A DNA stretch of 64,000 nt from Prochlorococcaceae cyanobacterium (lineage in GTDB: Bacteria; Cyanobacteriota; Cyanobacteriia; PCC-6307; Cyanobiaceae): positions 57,757 through 121,756 of the forward strand of contig JBBASM010000004.1 of NCBI GenBank assembly GCA_040399285.1, in the 5' to 3' direction. This document shows, piece after piece, positions 54,578-63,407 of this stretch. Every line of letters starts with the position of its first letter. Position 1 is the stretch's first letter. A model generated the notes under the pieces. The model ran no database searches. It was not told the DNA's origin and saw only the letters and a program-made list of their open reading frames with translations. The position numbers and the translations under genes are program-made.

Positions 54578-56077
54578 CTAACCGGCGAGGAGCACCAGGT
54601 TGGTGAACGTGAGGCCATTCCAGAGGGCGTGCATCAGCACGCAGGGGGCCAGGCGGCCGCTGCGCAGCCGCAACCAGCCCAGTCCCAGGCCCAGCACCAG
54701 CAGGGGAGCCAGTTCTCCCAGGCTCAGGTGGGCCATGGCAAAGGTGAGGGCGCTGGCCAGCAGTCCGGGGATCGCCCCCCAGCGCAAGCCCAGCACCGGC
54801 AACAACACCCCCCTGAAGAGGGTCTCCTCGAACAGGGGAGCCAGCACCACCGCGGTGAAGCCGAAGCCGGCCAGGGCCCAGGGATCACGGGCCTGCAGCA
54901 CCAGATCCAGCAGCGGATTGCTGCCACCGGGATCCCCCACCAGCCGGTCGATCAACCAGCCGCTCACCGCCACCAGGGGCAGCACCATCAGCAGTCCGGC
55001 GAACGCGCGGGCCAGGGCGCTGGCGAGGGGCCGCCACTGCCATTGCAGCCAGCCCCCGGCTGGGGGCGGCGTGGCGATCCCCCCCAGCTGCCGGGCCAGG
55101 ATCGCCAGAGGGGGCACCATCAGTCCGGTGTAGAGCAGCACCACCTGCAGGCTCTGCTGGCGCAGGGGCTGGTCCGCCAGCGGGGCCAGCAGCCGCCCGC
55201 TGAGGGGGGCCAGCAGCAGGGGCACCCCCAGCTCGCCGAGCACCACAAACCCGCCCGCGATCAGCAGCGTCACGTCCACGAGGTTGAGCAGGGGGCCCTG
55301 CATGGGGGGGAGCACAAGGCGCCGGCGCCAGGCCAGCCACAGTTCGCGCAGCAGCAGGGAGAGGCCCACGAGCAGCAGGGCGCTGGGCAACCAGCTCACC
55401 CCCAGCAGGCGCAGGGCAGCCTGGCGCTGGACCTGCTCCAGCCTGCAGTCCGGCAGACCGGCCAGCCGCGGGCCATCCAGGGAGTCGCAGAGCAGCTGGC
55501 GGGTGAGCGGCGAGAGGCCAGGCGCCCAGCGTCCCACCTGAGCCGCCAGCCCAGGCCCGGAGCTCCCGTCGCCGCTCTCCTGCCGGCCCTGCTTCAGCCA
55601 GGCCAGCAGGGGGCGCTGCTCAGGGGGAACCAGGGCAGAGAGCTCGTCCAGCAGGGGTTCGCTCGGGGGCGGGTCCTTGGCAAGCCGTTGCAGCAGCACC
55701 TGCTGGAGCAGCTGATCGGGGGTACCCGATCCTGACTCCTGCAGCCGCTGCTCCTGAAGCTGGTTCGCCAGCTCGGCGGGCACGCCGGAGCCGATCAGCA
55801 GGGGCCGCAGACCATCCGGCAGGGCGGGAGCGGCCAGCAGCTCCAGCTGCAGCTGGCGAACCGACAGGGCCGGATTCACCGAGGGACGCTCCAGGCTCTC
55901 CAGCAGACCGCTCACCCACAGCAGCACGCTCAGGGCCAGGCTGAGCAGGGCGAGCAACACCTGCCAGCCAGCCGGCCGGCCCGGGATGGGGGCGGGCGAC
56001 CGGGGAGAGGTGGGGGTCAAGGACTGGCAGGCGACGCTCCCATACGATGCTGCAGCGCAACCCTGGATCCGTGTCAC
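54578..56077 (-). CDS. CPBP (CAAX/Abi) family intramembrane metalloprotease
   Basis: The C-terminal domain has FEETLFRGVLLP (EExxxR), FAMAHL (FxxxH) and VLMHALWN (HxxxN/D). The N-terminal half is a long membrane/periplasmic extension. The start is uncertain. Confidence 0.75.
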   Translation of the reverse strand: MTRIQGCAAASYGSVACQSLTPTSPRSPAPIPGRPAGWQVLLALLSLALSVLLWVSGLLESLERPSVNPALSVRQLQLELLAAPALPDGLRPLLIGSGVPAELANQLQEQRLQESGSGTPDQLLQQVLLQRLAKDPPPSEPLLDELSALVPPEQRPLLAWLKQGRQESGDGSSGPGLAAQVGRWAPGLSPLTRQLLCDSLDGPRLAGLPDCRLEQVQRQAALRLLGVSWLPSALLLVGLSLLLRELWLAWRRRLVLPPMQGPLLNLVDVTLLIAGGFVVLGELGVPLLLAPLSGRLLAPLADQPLRQQSLQVVLLYTGLMVPPLAILARQLGGIATPPPAGGWLQWQWRPLASALARAFAGLLMVLPLVAVSGWLIDRLVGDPGGSNPLLDLVLQARDPWALAGFGFTAVVLAPLFEETLFRGVLLPVLGLRWGAIPGLLASALTFAMAHLSLGELAPLLVLGLGLGWLRLRSGRLAPCVLMHALWNGLTFTNLVLLAG

Positions 56078-57411
56078 TCCGGATTGTGCTGGTCCGCCAC
56101 GGACTCAGCAGCTTCAATGTCGAGCACCGCATCCAGGGCCGCGACGACCTCAGCGCTCTCACCCCTGAGGGCGTGGACCAGGCCCTGGCCACCGGGCGGG
56201 CGCTGGCCGATCTGCCCCTGCAGGCGGTTTACAGCTCCCCCCTGCGCCGGGCCGCCGACACCTGCCGCCACCTGCTCAGCAGCCACGGCCAGGCCATCGA
56301 GCCCGGGTTCAGCGACCAGTTGCTGGAGATCGACCTGGAGCCCTGGAGCGGCCTGACCCGCGACGCCCTGCGCGAGCGCTTCCCCCAGCAGGAAGCGCTG
56401 TGGCGCCAGGCCCCCCACACCCTGGAACTGGAGCGGGCCGATGGGCGACGCTACAACCCCTTGGCCGAGCTACTGGAGCAGGCCGGCAGCTTCCGGCAGC
56501 TGCTGCTGAACCACCACGGCGATGCCCTCGACGGTGCCGATGCCACGGTGCTGGTGGTGGGCCATAACGCCATCCTGCGCTGCCTGGTGCTGGCGCTGCT
56601 GGGGCTGAACGGGGAGGGCTTCCGCCGGCTGCGCCTGGACAACGCCTCGGTGTCGGTGCTCAACCTCAGCCGCCAGGATGGCGGCCCCGTGCAGGTGCAG
56701 CTGGAATCACTGAACAGCACGGCCCATCTGGGATCACCCCTGCCCGCCAAGGGAAAGGGCTCACGCCTGCTGCTGGTGCGTCACGGGGAAACGGACTGGA
56801 ACCGCCAGGGCCGCTTCCAGGGGCAGATCGACATCCCCCTGAACGCCAATGGCCAGGCCCAGGCGGAGGCGGCCGGCGGCTTCCTGGCGCCCGTGCCGAT
56901 TCACCGGGCCTACACCAGCTCCATGGCCCGCCCCCGCCAGACGGCCGAGGCAATCCTGGCCAGCCACCCGGGTGTGCCCCTCACCAGCACCAGCGGCCTG
57001 GTGGAAATCGGCCACGGCCTGTGGGAAGGCCGCCTGGAGCAGGAGATCGCGGAGGGCTGGCCCCAGCTGCTGGCCGACTGGAAACGGGCGCCGGAAACCG
57101 TGGAGATGCCGGAGGGCGAAACCATCCACGAGGTGTGGGATCGCTCCTATGGCACCTGGCGAACGATCGCCACCAGCCTCGCTGCCGAGGAGACCGCCCT
57201 GGTGGTGGCCCACGATGCCGTGAACAAGACCATCCTCTGCGCCCTGCTCGGTCTCACCCCCGCCGACATCTGGACGATCAAACAGGGCAATGGCGGCGTG
57301 ACGGTGGTCGACTACCCCCAGGGCGGCGGCGGCCAGGCGGTGGTGGCGGCGATGAATCTCACGGCCCATCTGGGCGGCGTGCTCGATCGCACCGCCGCAG
57401 GCGCCCTCTAG
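56047..57411 (+). CDS. Tandem histidine-phosphatase (phosphoglycerate-mutase family) protein
   Basis: Two complete domains each open with an RHG motif (IVLVRHGLSSFN and LLLVRHGETDWN) and each has a later VVGHNA / VVAHDA His. An alternative in-frame GTG start lies at 56071. Confidence 0.8.
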   Translation: MLQRNPGSVSLRIVLVRHGLSSFNVEHRIQGRDDLSALTPEGVDQALATGRALADLPLQAVYSSPLRRAADTCRHLLSSHGQAIEPGFSDQLLEIDLEPWSGLTRDALRERFPQQEALWRQAPHTLELERADGRRYNPLAELLEQAGSFRQLLLNHHGDALDGADATVLVVGHNAILRCLVLALLGLNGEGFRRLRLDNASVSVLNLSRQDGGPVQVQLESLNSTAHLGSPLPAKGKGSRLLLVRHGETDWNRQGRFQGQIDIPLNANGQAQAEAAGGFLAPVPIHRAYTSSMARPRQTAEAILASHPGVPLTSTSGLVEIGHGLWEGRLEQEIAEGWPQLLADWKRAPETVEMPEGETIHEVWDRSYGTWRTIATSLAAEETALVVAHDAVNKTILCALLGLTPADIWTIKQGNGGVTVVDYPQGGGGQAVVAAMNLTAHLGGVLDRTAAGAL

Positions 57412-57415
57412 AGCG

Positions 57416-58723
57416 ATGGCGGCTCCCCTGTGGCTCCACCAGGTGGACCTGCTGGCAGCCCCCGGCAGGCCCGTTGCTGCCGGCGACGCCCTGATCGACG
57501 ACCAGGGACGTCTGGACTGCTGGGGAGAGGGCGTGGCCGCCAGGGCCGAGGCCCTGGGCCTGGCCCCCACCGAGGCCCGGGGCTGGCTGCTGGCGCCAGC
57601 TCTGGTGGATCCCCACTGCGTGTTGGAGCAGCCCTGGCACGGCCAGGAGGAAAACCTGGCCAGCCTGGCGGCGGCCGCCGCCGCGGGCGGCTACGGCACG
57701 GTGGCCCTGCTGCCCTGGGCCCAGCCCTGGCGTGACCGACCGGAGCGTCTGCAGGGGATGGCCTGGCCCGAACCGCTGCGCCTGCGCCTCTGGGGCAGCT
57801 TCAGCCGCGATGGCGACGACCAGGAGCTGGCCCTGCACCGGGAGCAGCTGGAGGCCGGCGCCATCGGACTGGCCTGCGCGGCGCACCTGCCGCCGCTGGG
57901 CCTGTTGGAACGGGGGCTGCTGCTGGGGGAGATGGGCCAGCGGCCCCTGCTGGTGGCTCCCCGCCAGGCGGACCTCAGTGGGGGTGGCTTCGTGCGCGAG
58001 GGGGTGGAGGCCCTCCGGGCGGGCTGGCCCCTCGATCCCCTGCTGAGCGAGACCCTGCCGCTCCAGAGCCTGCTGACCGTGGCGGCCGCCAGGGCGGAGC
58101 GGCAGCTGGTCCTGATGAACCTATCCACAGCGGCGGCGGTGGAGCAGCTGGCCGCCGCCGACTCGCCACCTCCGGCCACCGTGAGCTGGTGGCATCTGGT
58201 GGCCGATGCCGCAAGCCTCCAGCCCACGGCCGAGGGCTGGCATGTGCAGCCCTCCCTGGGAGCGCCCAGCGACCGGCAGGCCCTGATTGAGGGGCTGCGC
58301 CGGGGCCTGATCGGCGCCGTGGCCAGCCAGCACATGGCGCTGGATCCGGAGGAGCTGCTGCTGCCAGTGGACCAGCGCCGCCCTGGCCTGGCCGCCCATG
58401 GAGCCCCCCATGGCCTGGTGCTGCCGCGCCTGTGGCAGGAGCTGGTGGCGGGCCGGGGCTGGACGGCCGCCGAGCTCTGGGAGGTGCTGTGCTGGGGCCC
58501 GGCTGCCCTGATCGGCGAGAACAGAGAAGGCCTGCAGAGCGGCGGCCACCGCTGGCTGCTGTTCGACCCGCAGGCAACCGCCAGCTGGACAGGCCGTGAC
58601 AGCCTCTCCCGTGCCGCCAATCAGCCCCTGCTGGGGACAGCCTTGCGGGGCCAGGTGCGCGCCACCGGGCTCACGGCTCCTGGGTCCTGGAGCCTGCCGG
58701 CAGCAGGCTGCCCGTCTGGTTGA
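57416..58723 (+). CDS. Dihydroorotase-like amidohydrolase-fold protein (probably non-catalytic)
   Basis: Cyclic amidohydrolase layout (...ALIDDQGRL..., GWLLAPALVDPHCVLEQP..., AAAAGGYGTVALLP), but the first metal-binding HxH is replaced by H-C. Confidence 0.6.
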   Translation: MAAPLWLHQVDLLAAPGRPVAAGDALIDDQGRLDCWGEGVAARAEALGLAPTEARGWLLAPALVDPHCVLEQPWHGQEENLASLAAAAAAGGYGTVALLPWAQPWRDRPERLQGMAWPEPLRLRLWGSFSRDGDDQELALHREQLEAGAIGLACAAHLPPLGLLERGLLLGEMGQRPLLVAPRQADLSGGGFVREGVEALRAGWPLDPLLSETLPLQSLLTVAAARAERQLVLMNLSTAAAVEQLAAADSPPPATVSWWHLVADAASLQPTAEGWHVQPSLGAPSDRQALIEGLRRGLIGAVASQHMALDPEELLLPVDQRRPGLAAHGAPHGLVLPRLWQELVAGRGWTAAELWEVLCWGPAALIGENREGLQSGGHRWLLFDPQATASWTGRDSLSRAANQPLLGTALRGQVRATGLTAPGSWSLPAAGCPSG

Positions 58724-59378
58724 AGGGGAAGAAGCGCCAGAAGGCCCGACCGATGATTTCGCGCTGGGGCAGGAACGGCCCTCCGGGCCAGAACCGGCCA
58801 TCCCAGCTGTTGGCGCGGTTATCGCCGAGGGCCAATACATGGCCAGGCGGCACCACCGCATTGATGGTGCGGCACGGTCCCATGCCCTGGGGGTCGACCG
58901 GGCAGAGATTGCGCACCCATGGCTCACTCAGGGGCTGGCCATCGATCGTGACCTTCCCCCGGGGGTCCACCACCACCCGTTCGCCGGGCAGGGCCACCAC
59001 CCGTTTGATGTAGGCATCACAGGCCGGACTGGCCAGCCCGGGCAGGTTGCCCAGCACCGGCAGGTTCACCAGGGCACAGCGCAGGGGATTGCGGGACGTG
59101 CTGCTGGCCAGCACCGGGTCGAAGTGGTGGGGGGAGTGGAACACCACGATCTCGCCGCGGCGGGGAGCCCGGCGGCGGTAGGTGAGCTTCTCCACCAGCA
59201 GGCGGTCCTGGATCTGGAGCCCGGGGAGCATCGAGCCTGAAGGGATGTAGCGGGCCTCAACCAGAAACTGACGGATTCCCAAGGCCACCACCAGGGTGAT
59301 GGCCACGCTGCGCCAGAAGGCCCAGGGGCTTTCCCCTGCCTGGTGCGCGGCTTGGTTGTGCTCACTCAATGGCTGCAT
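58671..59378 (-). CDS. lepB: Signal peptidase I
   Basis: IPSGSMLPGL (catalytic Ser box), GEIVVF, and GDNRANSWDGR (box E). The ATG at 59378 is followed by a TM anchor. Confidence 0.88.
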   Translation of the reverse strand: MQPLSEHNQAAHQAGESPWAFWRSVAITLVVALGIRQFLVEARYIPSGSMLPGLQIQDRLLVEKLTYRRRAPRRGEIVVFHSPHHFDPVLASSTSRNPLRCALVNLPVLGNLPGLASPACDAYIKRVVALPGERVVVDPRGKVTIDGQPLSEPWVRNLCPVDPQGMGPCRTINAVVPPGHVLALGDNRANSWDGRFWPGGPFLPQREIIGRAFWRFFPFNQTGSLLPAGSRTQEP

Positions 59379-59427
59379 CGGAACGGGCCCAGGGCAGATT
59401 AGGCGTGCCCCTGCGCCCCTCTGGCCC

Positions 59428-60969
59428 ATGGCACGCCCCCGCTGGCTCAAGCCAAGCCCAACCGGCCAGCCCGATCGCGGCCAGCGCAACTGGGACCGCT
59501 TCGTGGCGATCTGGGCCAGCCTGAATCTGCTGTGGGTGGCCTTCGACCTCACCTACGTGCCCCTGCGCACGTTCTGGCTGCAGCGCAACCTGCACCCGAT
59601 TCCCTCGGTACCCCTGGTGGTGCCGCTGCCCTTCCTGCCCGACATCACCCCGTGGGTCGACCCGATCAAGGGGATCGAACCCCATCGGGAAACCCAGGCC
59701 TACCTCGACCGGTTCGCCCAGCTTGACCAGGCGCTGCTGGCGGAGCCGGCCAGCGGTGCCAGAGCCCGGCCACTGCTGGCCCGGCAGGTGGAGCTCACCG
59801 AGCAGATGATCGACGGCAATCCCTTTCTGGCCTCGGGACAGAGCGCCACCCTGGAGAAGGTGAAGAACCGGCTGCGGCAGCGGGCCAACCGGGATTCAGC
59901 CAAGCAGGCGGCCCAGGTGCTGCTGAGTGAGTCCTGGCTATCAGCCCGCCCCTGGAGTGAAGAGCGCCGTTTCTGGCGGGAGCAGGTGCTGCCGCTGGTG
60001 GGGACCAACTACTGGCGCTCGATCGATGAAAACGCCCGGCCCACCGACCACGCCTGGCGCCTCGACCTGCTGCTCTTCCAGTGGGTGTTCGCCCTGGACA
60101 TCCTGCAGCGGGTGCTGCGGCTGCGGCGGCGCCTGCCGGGGCTCAGCTGGCGGGATGCCCTGCTGCGCCGCTGGTTCGACCTGCCCCTGCTGCTGCCCTT
60201 CTGGCGCTGGCTGCGGCTGGTGCCGGTGGTGGAACGGCTGCAGACCTCCCGCCTGGTGAATCTCGAACCCCTGCGGGCGGTGGTGAGCCGGGGTGTGGTG
60301 GCACTGCTGGCCCTGGAGCTGTTCGAGGTGCTGGCCCTGCAGCTGCTGGACGGCCTGCAGGGCCTGGTGCGATCGCCGCGCCTGCCCCAGCGGCTGCGGG
60401 CCCTGCGCAGCCACCAGAGCGTGGTGCGTTCGGAGGATGAACGGGAGCTGGTGGAACTGGTGCGCATCTGGGCGCCCCTGTTGCTCACCCAGGTGGCCCC
60501 CCGGCTGGCGCCTGAGCTGCAGGGCCTGCTCGACTACACCCTGCGCCAGAGCCTGGAGCGCTCCGTGGTGCCGGCGCCCCTCCGCCAGCTCAGGCCGCTG
60601 CTGCAGGTGGAGTCGGGCATCAGCCGCCAGCTGGCCGGCGGCATGGTCGACAGCCTGCTCGACCTGTCGCGGCGCTCGGGAGAACGGCTGGCCCAGCGCG
60701 ACGACCGCCAGCTGCAGTTGCTGCGCCAGTGCATCGACCGCTTCTGGGAGGAACTGGCCCTGGCCCTGGAGACCGGCACGGCACTGCAGCGCTCCCAGGA
60801 CCTGATGTGCGCCCTGATCGAGGGGGTGAAGGGCACGTACCTCAGCCAGATCAACCGCTCGAGCATCGAGGCGCTGATCCAGGAACTCGACCTGCTGATG
60901 GCCAGCGCCCGGGATCGGCAGGACAAAGGGGAGAGCAACGGCGGCACCGAGGGATCAGCACTCAGCTGA
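59428..60969 (+). CDS. Hypothetical membrane protein with Arg-periodic S4-like segments and a long helical C-terminus
   Basis: TM1 is FVAIWASLNLLWVAFDLTYV. Later come LDLLLFQWVFALDILQRVLRLRRRL and WFDLPLLLPFWRWLRLVPVVERL. The C-terminal roughly 200 aa are Leu/Arg/Gln-rich helical sequence. No recognised catalytic motif. Confidence 0.5.
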   Translation: MARPRWLKPSPTGQPDRGQRNWDRFVAIWASLNLLWVAFDLTYVPLRTFWLQRNLHPIPSVPLVVPLPFLPDITPWVDPIKGIEPHRETQAYLDRFAQLDQALLAEPASGARARPLLARQVELTEQMIDGNPFLASGQSATLEKVKNRLRQRANRDSAKQAAQVLLSESWLSARPWSEERRFWREQVLPLVGTNYWRSIDENARPTDHAWRLDLLLFQWVFALDILQRVLRLRRRLPGLSWRDALLRRWFDLPLLLPFWRWLRLVPVVERLQTSRLVNLEPLRAVVSRGVVALLALELFEVLALQLLDGLQGLVRSPRLPQRLRALRSHQSVVRSEDERELVELVRIWAPLLLTQVAPRLAPELQGLLDYTLRQSLERSVVPAPLRQLRPLLQVESGISRQLAGGMVDSLLDLSRRSGERLAQRDDRQLQLLRQCIDRFWEELALALETGTALQRSQDLMCALIEGVKGTYLSQINRSSIEALIQELDLLMASARDRQDKGESNGGTEGSALS

Positions 60970-61339
60970 ACAGACCATCCCACTCGGCCTGTTGAAAACC
61001 GGTGACCGTGCGGCCATCATCGAGGATGAGGAAAGGACGCTTGATCAGCTTGCCGTCGCTGGCCAGTGCCGCAAGCAGAGTGGGCTCATCCATCGCCTGC
61101 ACCGCTGCAGCACCGAGGGCCCGGTAGCTCTGGCCACTGGTGTTGAGCAGCCGCTTGCGTCCCAGCTGGGCAAGGGCCTGCTGCAGCTCCCCTGCTGAGG
61201 GGGGCTGCAGCGTGATGTCGATGAGCTCCAGCTGCTGGTCGGGCGAGGGAGGATCCACTGAGGGGCTATGACCCCTGGATTGGAGCCAGGCGATCGCCTT
61301 GCGGCAGGTGGAGCAGCGGGGGTAGCTGTAGAGCTTCAA
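60962..61339 (-). CDS. ArsC/Spx/YffB-family thioredoxin-fold protein
   Basis: (M)KLYSYPRCSTCRKAIAWL opening with CxxC, and later LIKRPFLI. TTG start. Confidence 0.75.
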   Translation of the reverse strand: MKLYSYPRCSTCRKAIAWLQSRGHSPSVDPPSPDQQLELIDITLQPPSAGELQQALAQLGRKRLLNTSGQSYRALGAAAVQAMDEPTLLAALASDGKLIKRPFLILDDGRTVTGFQQAEWDGLFS

Positions 61340-61358
61340 GCGCGGCCGCAGCGAGGGT

Positions 61359-61718
61359 TCAGCGACCCACCAGCGACTTGAGTGCGCCCAGCAGGCTGTT
61401 GGACCCCTGGCCCACGCCGGAGTCCGGCCTGGTGCGCACGGTCACGTCGCCATTGACGGTGGTGCGGCAGCTGAGGCGATAGTTGGCGGGCCGATCAGCC
61501 AGGTACACCTTCTCAACATCGGAGCGGGGCGAGAGGTTCTGCATCCCCTCCACCACTTCCATCACACAGGTGCCGCACTGGCCCAGGCCACCGCAGTTGT
61601 TGAGATTGTTCAGCCCCTTGTAGGGATTGATGCCCGCGTCGAGGGCTGCTTTGCGCAGATTCGCCCCCTCGATGCATCCCACCTGCTGGCCTTCCTGTTC
61701 AAAACGGATGGTGGGCAC
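61359..61718 (-). CDS. 2Fe-2S ferredoxin-like protein
   Basis: The 3' part of track ORF 61359..62360 holds the Cys cluster NCGGLGQCGTCVMEV ... YRLSCRT. The putative GTG start at 61718 gives (M)PTIRFEQEGQQV.... Confidence 0.65.
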   Translation of the reverse strand: MPTIRFEQEGQQVGCIEGANLRKAALDAGINPYKGLNNLNNCGGLGQCGTCVMEVVEGMQNLSPRSDVEKVYLADRPANYRLSCRTTVNGDVTVRTRPDSGVGQGSNSLLGALKSLVGR

Positions 61719-61802
61719 GGTCGGACGGGAGGTGAACGCGCCGCCAAACTTAGGCCCACCGGGGTCCGCCTGCCTAGCATCGCGTCCAGTTGTTGCCGGG
61801 AC

Positions 61803-62474
61803 GTGCAGCAGGCAGGGGACTTCGACCTGGTGGCCCAGCATCTGATCCCGGGCTACGCCAGCCTGGCCCGGCTGGGGGTGGCCCTGCTGGCGGCCTCCCT
61901 CTGCGCCTCCCGGCCAGGGGCGCGGGTGCTTGTGGCCGGCTGCGGCACCGGGGCAGAACTTGTCGAGGCCAGGGCCCAGCGGCCGGATTGGCTGGTCACC
62001 GCCCTCGATCCATCGGCAACGATGCTGGCGGCAGCCCGTGCCCGCCTCGGCCCGGCTCCGGCGGAGGCGATCCAGTGGCGCCAGGCCCGGGTGGAGGACC
62101 TGGAGGGCAACGAGCGGTTTGCCGGCGCCCTCTCGGTGCTGGTGCTGCAGTCCCTCCCCGATGACGGCACCAAGCTCACCTTCCTCAGCGCCCTGGCCCG
62201 CAGCCTGGAACCGGGCGCCCAGTTGTTGCTGGTGGACCTGATGGCAGCGGAACGCTCCCCACTCCAGGCCCAGGTGCAGGAGGCCTGGCTCGGCTTTCAG
62301 CGGGCCAGCGGTCTGGGTGAGCTCGACGATCCGCTCGCCGCCCCGACCCATGGCCTGCACCCGATCGGTCTCTCCCGGCTCACGTCCCTGCTCAATGCGG
62401 CCGGCTTCGGCGATCCGGCCCGGGTGTTTCAGGCCCTCAACGTGGAGGGTTTCCTGATTCAGCGGGCAGCCTGA
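61803..62474 (+). CDS. Class I SAM-dependent methyltransferase
   Basis: Motif I VLVAGCGTGAE, motif II-like VTALDPSATML, and post-I/III spacing typical of the Methyltransf_11/25 type. GTG start. Confidence 0.75.
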   Translation: MQQAGDFDLVAQHLIPGYASLARLGVALLAASLCASRPGARVLVAGCGTGAELVEARAQRPDWLVTALDPSATMLAAARARLGPAPAEAIQWRQARVEDLEGNERFAGALSVLVLQSLPDDGTKLTFLSALARSLEPGAQLLLVDLMAAERSPLQAQVQEAWLGFQRASGLGELDDPLAAPTHGLHPIGLSRLTSLLNAAGFGDPARVFQALNVEGFLIQRAA

Positions 62475-62983
62475 GCCGCGGCGGCGGCCACACAGCGCTC
62501 CAGCAGATCGGGCACCGCGCCGGCATCCATCCAGCCGGTGATCTCGGTCACCCGGCCCTCCAGGCTCTTGTAGGTGCGGAAGAACTCGGCCACCTCCTCC
62601 AACTGGTTGCTGGCGATCTGGCGGATCGAATGAATGCTTCTGTGGAGCTGGCTCGCCTCGGGAACGCAGATCAATTTGCCGTCGTGGGCTCCGCTGTCCA
62701 CCATGTCGAGGATGCCGATCGGCCGGGCACGGATCAGGCAGCCGGCGAAGGTGGGCTCCTCCATGATCACCATGGCATCGAGAGGGGCTCCGTCCTCGGC
62801 GAGCGTGTTGGGAACGAAGCCGTAATCGAAGGGGTAGCGCACCGAGGAGTGCAGGATGCGGTCCAGGGCCATCACGCCCGCCTCGGCGTTGTATTCGTAT
62901 TTATTGCGGCAGCCCGCCGGGATCTCCACCACCAGATTCACCAGCCCTGGCGCTGGGGATGCCGGCAGGTGACGGAGATCCAT
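62459..62983 (-). CDS. ppa: Inorganic pyrophosphatase (family I)
   Basis: VVEIPAGCRNKYEY, YPFDYGFVPNTLAEDGAPLDAMV and DHKLI-like DGKLICVP blocks. Confidence 0.93.
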   Translation of the reverse strand: MDLRHLPASPAPGLVNLVVEIPAGCRNKYEYNAEAGVMALDRILHSSVRYPFDYGFVPNTLAEDGAPLDAMVIMEEPTFAGCLIRARPIGILDMVDSGAHDGKLICVPEASQLHRSIHSIRQIASNQLEEVAEFFRTYKSLEGRVTEITGWMDAGAVPDLLERCVAAAAAQAAR

Positions 62984-63227
62984 GCAGGGTGGCGGAACCG
63001 GGGGGAATGGGGCGACCGGCCACTACGGCCACCAGGGGAACCGTGATGCTGAGGATGCCGATCAGGGCGCCGCAGAGGGCAGCCAGGGGTTGGAGGCCCG
63101 GACTGAAGGGATCCTCGCCATTCTCTCCCGATTCCTGGGCGGATTGCTCAACCAGCTCCCTGCTGCTGCGTGAGGGAGACAGAGCCTCCGTTGCCCCGTG
63201 GGACCCGTGCCTGGTTGGTGTGTTCAT
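62901..63227 (-). CDS. Possible small single-pass membrane protein whose 3' end overlaps the ppa start
   Basis: The ATG at 63227 gives MNTPTRHG...PLAALCGALIGILSITVPLVAVVAG.... G/C-biased third positions hold until roughly the ppa ATG and then decay. No stop occurs in this frame until 62901. Confidence 0.35.
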   Translation of the reverse strand: MNTPTRHGSHGATEALSPSRSSRELVEQSAQESGENGEDPFSPGLQPLAALCGALIGILSITVPLVAVVAGRPIPPGSATLHGSPSPAGIPSARAGESGGGDPGGLPQ

Positions 63228-63407
63228 AGAGAGGGCACGGTTCCCTTGAACCAAGCTGGGCCTCGCGGCTTGGTCTGTGGAGCCTGGGTTCAGGGGATGG
63301 GTGCCGGCAGGCCGGGAAGCCCGGCTCGAAAACTGGTGAGGTCATCTTGCCACCAACGGCCCCGGACTGACAGGTGCGGTGGTCCGTATTGGCGTAGTGC
63401 TGCCACC

